A stretch of DNA of 64,000 nt. Origin: Klebsormidium nitens (taxonomy: Eukaryota > Plantae > Klebsormidiophyceae). Both the position numbers and the translations under genes were made by a program. A model generated the notes under the pieces. The model did no database searches. It was given only the letters and a program-made list of their open reading frames with translations, and was not told where the DNA came from. This document shows, piece after piece, positions 57,285 to 64,000 of this stretch (the first letter of the stretch is position 1; each line of letters starts with the position of its first letter). The DNA lies in NCBI GenBank assembly GCA_000708835.1, contig DF236995.1:186001-250000 (forward strand), in the 5' to 3' direction.

Positions 57285-59668
57285 ATGGCGCACCATTCCC
57301 CGGTTGACCAGTATAACTACGCTCCTCCTAACCAACCGTACTTAGGCACTCCCCCACATGGCATACCGCAAGCTCAGCCAGTTTATGTTCCTCCAGGAGA
57401 ACAGGGGAACTCCGGCAGGTGGGCTGCAGGGTTGCTGGGTTGCTTTGGAGATTGCGGCATATGTGAGTTATTGGGATTGTAGCTTTGCCGTTATGCAGAT
57501 GATACACCGGTAGATTGCCTCAATCGTTCCATTGTGTCTCTTCATGTGCCGGCATTGGGGTTTGAATTTGAAAGTTCCTTGTTGCGTGCGTGGATCTTAG
57601 TGTGAGAAACTAGACACGAAGAGGTATGTTGCAAACTTGTTTAACATCAGTCTTCTTACCCTGCTTTGCGTCCAGCTTGTCGGAAACTATTAGCGGGAGT
57701 CACTGAGGGAGTTCTTAAGAGGATTGATCTAAACAGAGTTTAAAGAACGTTCCTCATAATGTGACTGACTGTCGATGCCAAGCTTACTTGGAATCTGATG
57801 ATAGTCCTTTCGTTCTCAAATCACTTCGATTGTCTCAATGTTGTCTGGTTAAAATAGCAGGATTCTTTTGAGTGGACGCCAAGGTTGCTCAGGCTTCTAT
57901 TTTCGATTTTCAAAAGTCGGTGGTGCAGACCAACGCTTTGGTTCTGAGATTCGACCCTACCACACTTCACCAGCCTGAGTCGAAAACAGGACTTGAGGCC
58001 AATCTCTTTCCTGGTCAATATCTTCTATCCCCATCGGTGCCTTCTTGTGCCCCTCACTCACAACATTCTGCGGGACCTGGCAGCCAATGTTTCACGTGTA
58101 TCAGAAGTCTCAGAAATAGAGAGTTTCATAGACTGACCTTCGCTCCATTCTGGCGTCCAGGTTGCTTGGGTTACCTTCTTCCCTGCGTCCTTTATGGACA
58201 GGTAAGGCAGCATGATCCTGGACCCACTTTTTTTAGGACTTCCGTGTACTTGCAATCATTCAGGACCCCACTAGATGATTGTGAAATATGCTTTGAAGTG
58301 CTTCCTCTTCAGGCCTCTCAGTCTCCTTAGAATTTATGGGCGTCCCGTCTGCTTGTCACACAAAAGTTGCAGTCACAAAACCCTGCTTGAAGGTCTTGAA
58401 ACTCAAAGCTCAGCATTCCCGTCCAGCCCCTTCACCTTTTCTTAGTTGTGTAATATGACTAGCAAGTAGCTTCAGTACATTACCTCACTTCTGGGTCTTT
58501 CAGACACCGATTTCAAGCGCTGAGCGCAACCTGGACTTACAACAAGCACATGTTCAGTGCATCTGTTCTTGTCTGACTTTCCTTCTCTGCTGATCACCTC
58601 GCAGAACGTTGAGATGCTGACGGGCGAGAGCTGCTGCACCCCTTGCTGCCTCTACTTCCTGCTCTCCGCTGTGGGTTGCTGCGCCTGCTATGCGTGCGGT
58701 GAGGCGTCAAAAGTGGACAAGAACTTGCAGAAGCTGCGGTTATCCGTAAAGAGCGAATTGATTGTCAATTCACAGGTTAGAAAGTCCAGAGGTTCCAACG
58801 CTGACCTGTCCATGAAAACCTGGGCAAGGAAAGCTGTTGTTGCGAGCGCCGGTGTTTGTGTGCAAGCGGATGCTGTTAGACCCTCGCCAAGGTAGACTTC
58901 ATGTGACTTCATGTGCTGCACTTGAAACCTCAAGGCGATCTTTCTGCTCTCTGCATAATTCCATGATTGGGATAATTGAAATGGAAGCCTGCTTAAAACA
59001 CCAGTCGAAGAGGTCGAGGAACTCTTTATGCCAGACAGCTTTCCATTTCAATCTTTGTGAACTGATAAGAATTCGTACACACTGTCTCTTACGCCGTTTC
59101 AACAACATGGTGTACGAGAAGTCAACGCCTCTGAGTTGAGCAAGAAGAGAACGAGATGCTCAGGTGCAGGAAGACAAGATGACTTTGCCAAGAGGAAGTT
59201 CAAGATGATCCATGTTTTTTTCGTGCTTGCCAGGACAAGAGAGCGGTTGCGGAAGAAATACGGCCTGCCAGCGCTTCCCTGCAATGATTGCTGCATCCAC
59301 TGCTTCTGCTGCGTGTGGTGAGTTGTCCTCCTGCTTGCTTATGAAACGGAGTCCCGCAATTCTTTCAGACTCGGCCGTTTGCTTTGCAATCAGCTCGAAC
59401 TCACTGCATTCGAGTTGTTGCAGATGGGTTCGATTTCTTCTCTGTGCAAATCCGTTCCACTAAAGTGTCGATGTGACCGCAGTATTCAGGAGATCGTCCA
59501 AACAAAGAGTCTGAGATGCTGAAATCAGATCCATGCACCGGTTGGTTCATTTGCAGCGCTTTATGCCAAGAGGCACGGGAGATGAGGATTCAAGCGGACA
59601 GGCAGAAGCACATAAAAGCATACATCACACCCCATATGCCTCCGCCCCAGCAGGCAATGCATCACTGA
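57285..59668 (+). CDS. PLAC8/PCR/CNR-family cysteine-rich protein; 5 exons, ~167 aa
   Basis: Exons 57285-57462, 58161-58201, 58605-58693 (donor uncertain), 59234-59317, 59557-59668. Motifs W..[66 protein letters not shown]. Confidence 0.85.
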
Positions 59669-60758
59669 AGGCGCTAGTAAATGCTCTCTTTCAGAATCAT
59701 GAATTGGAAAGCGACGTATAAGTAGTCCTCCTCTCCATGAGAATATGCAAGCGCAGCATCAACCGGTACAAAGAAGTTGCCTGCTACACATGGTTTCCAG
59801 CTCAGTATTGACTGGCCGGATGTGGAAAAGTTGGCACCAATCTAAGTAACTTAAGCGGAAGCTCATGCACCAAGACGAAGCTGCTTAAAATTTTACTGCA
59901 GATTCTCCTTAGGTACAGGGCCATTTTCAGGTAAGCTCTTTAGTATCAACAAAGAATATGAAAATGGTAGCAGCCTGTTGATGACTTGCGTTCTAAATTG
60001 GATCTTGAAGGTGCTGAACTATAGACCATCGAGGACAATTGTCAACGGTTTCAATGACGGATGAAATAGATTGTAATTTGAATTCAGAGTTATATTGCTA
60101 TATAGGCGGCCAGCTTATAGTCCAGCTTGACAGCTATACCTTAAATTACCCATTTTGGCAACGTGTTATATAATGAGTCCAGTACGCGACCATACAGAGC
60201 ATACTTGATCTGAGTCGTCGACCGGATTGCGGCCGACTGACGGCAAGGACCTAGGATCGAGCTAGCAAGAGCAACATGGTTCCTCGTGGAAATATATGGC
60301 TGTACGTTTATCACATGTACATGCATCAGATGCAATGCATGACTCATCAGATCATGAGCCGTGATCATATCCACGTTGATGAGTCGCATATTGATAGGAT
60401 TTCAATTCAGTACTGTTGATTACATAGCTCGAACACATGATCATACCTGACACTGATGTCAAAGAAAACACAGCCCAAGATATTCAAAAAGCGCCCGTGT
60501 GCCACACGTACGAGCAACGTAGGCTTGCTATGCCTGCTTGCCAATGGAAGTTAGCAAAGGGCAATCAGAAACACTACAGCAGGTCTGCTTTTACTACAAA
60601 TGTGCAGTGGCCTTTCCTCCAAGCAACTTGCAAGAGTGAACTTTTGTGGAGCCCGCTTCTACCATTTATACTCTCTGGCTCTCCATCAACCCTCCAATGT
60701 CTCCCTATGTTACATTCTGTAATAGCAAAGTGCTTGCTCTCTAAAGAAAGTGGTGATC

Positions 60759-61758
60759 CTAGTACTGCGCTATGCTCTGTTGAACTGGGGGCTCTAACGG
60801 AGTCCCAGAGTAAGGGCCTGCTCCAGCCCCAGCTTCCCTTAGCTCCCGAAACTCCTGGCAGAGCGCACAGAAATGACAGCAGTAGTGCAGCATAACATCA
60901 TTGCATGGCGCCTCCTCTAGGCCATACTTTCCACGAATCTGCTTTCTGTACATTGACGCGTAACACGACGCGCAACTACAGAGAAGGCCAAAGGGCCCAA
61001 AGAAGAAGATCATGACGGAGGCCACTGCAGCCCCCACCCCAGAGTGCAGTATGCAGGGTCCAATGCTTGGGTTCCCAGTCAGCATCTCCACGTTCTTGGC
61101 AAAGAGAAGGCACGGGCACCACAGTCCAAGACAACCTGCAGCAGCAGAGGGTATTCTGCTGAAGCTGTGCATACACCAGGGCTCGCAGAGTCAAACGTTG
61201 TTTGGAATGGGGGGGGTTTCAAGGAGGACCGTGATGCTTCGAACTTCTGGGCTTCAACTAAGGGCGTGAAGTCCTTGCGATGAAGGTGATTGTGCTGACA
61301 TAGCCAGGGTGATTCCAACATCTGAGCAACAGCAACACGACACTTGAAACATCAACAACAGGTTTTTCTCCGTCACACTACCAGCATCGTTTGACAAGTT
61401 TTGAACAACGGACTGTCTGGGGCGCAGCGTGAAGCCCCTACTGTACCTTATTGCCCTTGGCTGCCTGAGTCATTAAAGTGCTTTGATTCAAATTCTTCAA
61501 TCATGTGACTCATTGTGAGAAGTGAACAATCCTAACTCTCTCATCATTTGCCTACACAACCTTATACTCACAGGTTTGAAGGTCGCTGAAGCAGCCGCAA
61601 ATGCCCGTAGTCCATTGCTTAGGCCTCTCTGCTGACCTCCTAGGCTGCAAGCTCTCCTCACCAGCTTCAGCCAAGTCTCGAAGGGGCTCATAATCTGGAC
61701 CCGCTACATCATCATACTTTGGCGGTTGATATCCTCCACCATCCTGACGCGAAGCCAT
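60759..61758 (-). CDS. PLAC8/PCR/CNR-family cysteine-rich protein; 2 exons, 187 aa
   Basis: Exons 61758-61572 and 61135-60759 (phase 1). Motifs WTTGICGCFSDLQTCCLGLWCPCLLFAKNVEML, RKQIRGKYGLEEAPCND..LHYCCHFCALCQEFRELR. Confidence 0.9.
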
Positions 61759-62364
61759 TGCAAAATTACCGCATGCACACTAGGTTTCGTAATGCTAATA
61801 CGGGCTTGTCATAGAAAAACAGAGTTATCTGGTCAAAGAAGAGCTTTCTGTCAAGGTTGCTTTTGGAATTGTGCTCGAGCCAGGAGACACCAGAACATTG
61901 AAGTACGAAATAGGAACTTCCCAGGCACGTGCCTTGCAAAACCTTCAAAAGTAAAGCTCTTGCAGCTTTGCTTCAGGCCAAAACCCCCTGCAAGCGTTCG
62001 GGCTTTTGTAACATCCCTGACGAGTCCTCCTCGCGGGCGTCTGAAACTGAAGACCGACAGTGAAGTGGTCTGTGATTCTGAAGACTGAATTGTGGAACAA
62101 TGAACATGACTCCGAGTCTGACGAGTCTGAGCAGCTCAAGTGACGAGACCCATTGCACAATTGGGGTTTGCTAATCTCGGTCATGCACACGCTATGATTG
62201 GATGTCGTACTCCCATCCCTGAACTGACCTGGGAGTGTCAAGTTGATACTGTGTCAAGAATCAGGATGGGTTTATGGGTGGTTATGCAGCGGGGTTACAA
62301 GCATCAAGCTCGGATTGAAGTGGGCGCAGAAATCAGTTTGCAGCCTGCAGGGCCTAGCAGCATC

Positions 62365-63837
62365 ATGGCGCTGAAGGCAGCTTCCTCAATAGTTGAGCAT
62401 CATGGCTTCTTTCCCGTCCCAGCTGCCAAGCTCGGGACAGATACACGGCACAACTCATCTGGAGCACGTTTAGGCTGCAGCCACAAAATGGCTTCTGCAC
62501 TTCCATTGCGGCATTGCAAGTTCTTCGGAGTCGACAGTGGGGGTGTATGTCATTGGCACAGACGGTGCAAAAAGAGGCAGGGTTTGGCAGTCAGGAACGA
62601 GGTTGCTCGCGTTGATAAGAAGCCTGTACCACCAACAGCTCCACCAGTAAATGAGCCCCTGCATGCAAAGGAGAAGCAGCTGGTCCTAGACGAGAGACTA
62701 CTGGACGGGCAGATACGAAGGTATGGGTTGTAAGAAGGTGGTCTTGTGTGAGTTGGCAGTCGCATAAGGATGCATCATTCGATGTACCACTCCCAAATTT
62801 TGGGGTGTGTCATCAAGTAGTGTTTTCCTGAAAAGGTGGCGTTGTTGAATTGGAAGGTGTGAAGAGTTTGCAGAAGTACGGTGTAAGGCACGCTTTTGCA
62901 AGGCAGCTTGACCCATTCGCGCTGCTAGCTTGTGCTCCATATACTAGCTCTTAGGCTATCAAAGCTGGTCGTCTTTCGTCATCTTTTCTTTCACGTCTGG
63001 GGGATTGGAGGTGAAAGTTGCCGGTGAATGCTGGAGAAAGATGGTTGAAGTATGACTTTGAAGACTCCCCACTGCAAGTTTTCAGGATGTCACAGTCTGC
63101 CTACTCCATATGCAAAAGTGGATTGCCAGACTTGGTCCAGAAGTTTTTGGCCAGGAGTAGTGGGTATCAGAATTGCTCTCTACAGATTACGTCTCCTGCG
63201 TCGTCAAATATCCTCAGTGCCCTTGCCAAATCAAGCCCTGGCCATGTTTTATGATGACCGTAAGTCAGTATAGTCAACAGGAGCTACAAGAAGGTCTACA
63301 CACGCAGAATCTGCCTTCAAACCGAGCTTGGGATATAGTCTTGGGGGAAAAATGCTCAGGTTTATGCAGGTACACTTTACGAGGATCGCAATCTTCAGTG
63401 GACATTCTGAAAGGGCGCACCCAGTCTGACAGTGGCGAGAATGGAGCATCCGCTTCTTCCTCCACAGCTAGCAGTGGCAGTTCCTCGCTACCAAGGGCGC
63501 TGAGAGATACGTTCCTTCCAGCAGGCTACCCAGGTTGGTCCCAAACTCCGTTTTTGACTACTTTCGACTCCAGGCAGGTCGACCTGCAGTTGACTGGTGG
63601 CTTTCTTCCCAATCTGCCTGCTTTGGGCTCTGCAAATGACGTTTGCTCGTTCAGCGTGCTCTGCTGGCTTTGAAACCCAAAAGTTTGAATTGATGCGGCC
63701 AAGACAAGGTCACCAATGTGATTCCTTCATATGCAGACAGTGTGACCGAGGATTATCTGCCGTACATGCTGTGGAGCATTCCAGTGCACATAACCGGCCA
63801 CGCTTGCAACACCCTTGTAACGAGCTCACTCCTCAAG
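62365..63837 (+). CDS. RUS5: ROOT UVB SENSITIVE (DUF647) family protein, RUS5-like; first three exons, continues beyond the window
   Basis: Exons 62365-62720, 63370-63533 and 63737-63837 with consistent phases. LPRALRDTFLPAGYPDSVTEDYLPYMLWSIPVHITGHACNTLVTSSLLK resembles plant RUS5 as recalled (GFPGSVSDDYLDYMLWQFPTNITGWICNVLVTSSLLK). The N-terminus looks like a transit peptide; the start codon is inferred. Confidence 0.8.
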
Positions 63838-64000
63838 GTGAGATCAGGTCCAAGATTTTTCAGTTCGTAACGGTCTCAAAGTCTTGCGTAAGACGACCGT
63901 CGTGGTGAGGTGTCTATCTACGACAGGACAAAACGTGGACAAAGGGGTACGTACGGGCATGGATCCGCCAAGCAGGGCAGATCGTTGCGCCTCCAAACGT

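Overview
Eukaryotic, intron-rich nuclear DNA. The plant-like orthologues, GC3-rich internal exons and minor-class introns suggest a streptophyte alga such as Klebsormidium (inference). I reconstructed seven protein genes by hand, exon by exon, and the splice phases add up: a chorein-N/BLTP3(UHRF1BP1)-like lipid-transfer gene (-, 17 exons, 1155-13297), DNA ligase IV (+, 23 exons, 14171-42408), a GT14 glycosyltransferase (+), carotenoid isomerase CRTISO (-, 11 exons), two convergent PLAC8/PCR paralogues, and the 5' part of a RUS5-like gene. Beyond the genes, six things stand out. (1) About 35 decaying 'echo' copies of exon ends, most with their splice site, are stacked in polarised ~105-235 bp tandem arrays in the introns of three genes. 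(2) A fully structured U1 snRNA lies in sense orientation inside LIG4 intron 3, and its own 3' end is echoed. (3) LIG4 has two U12-type introns and a 7-nt micro-exon. (4) An 11-kb LIG4 intron is filled by an old degenerate tandem module containing one 31-bp perfectly conserved, box C/D-like core. (5) Two MITE-like elements have different termini but share a telomere-like core. (6) The palindrome TGACGTCA is strongly over-represented, often in pairs 21-22 bp apart. No database search or alignment was run; family assignments rest on recalled homologue motifs.
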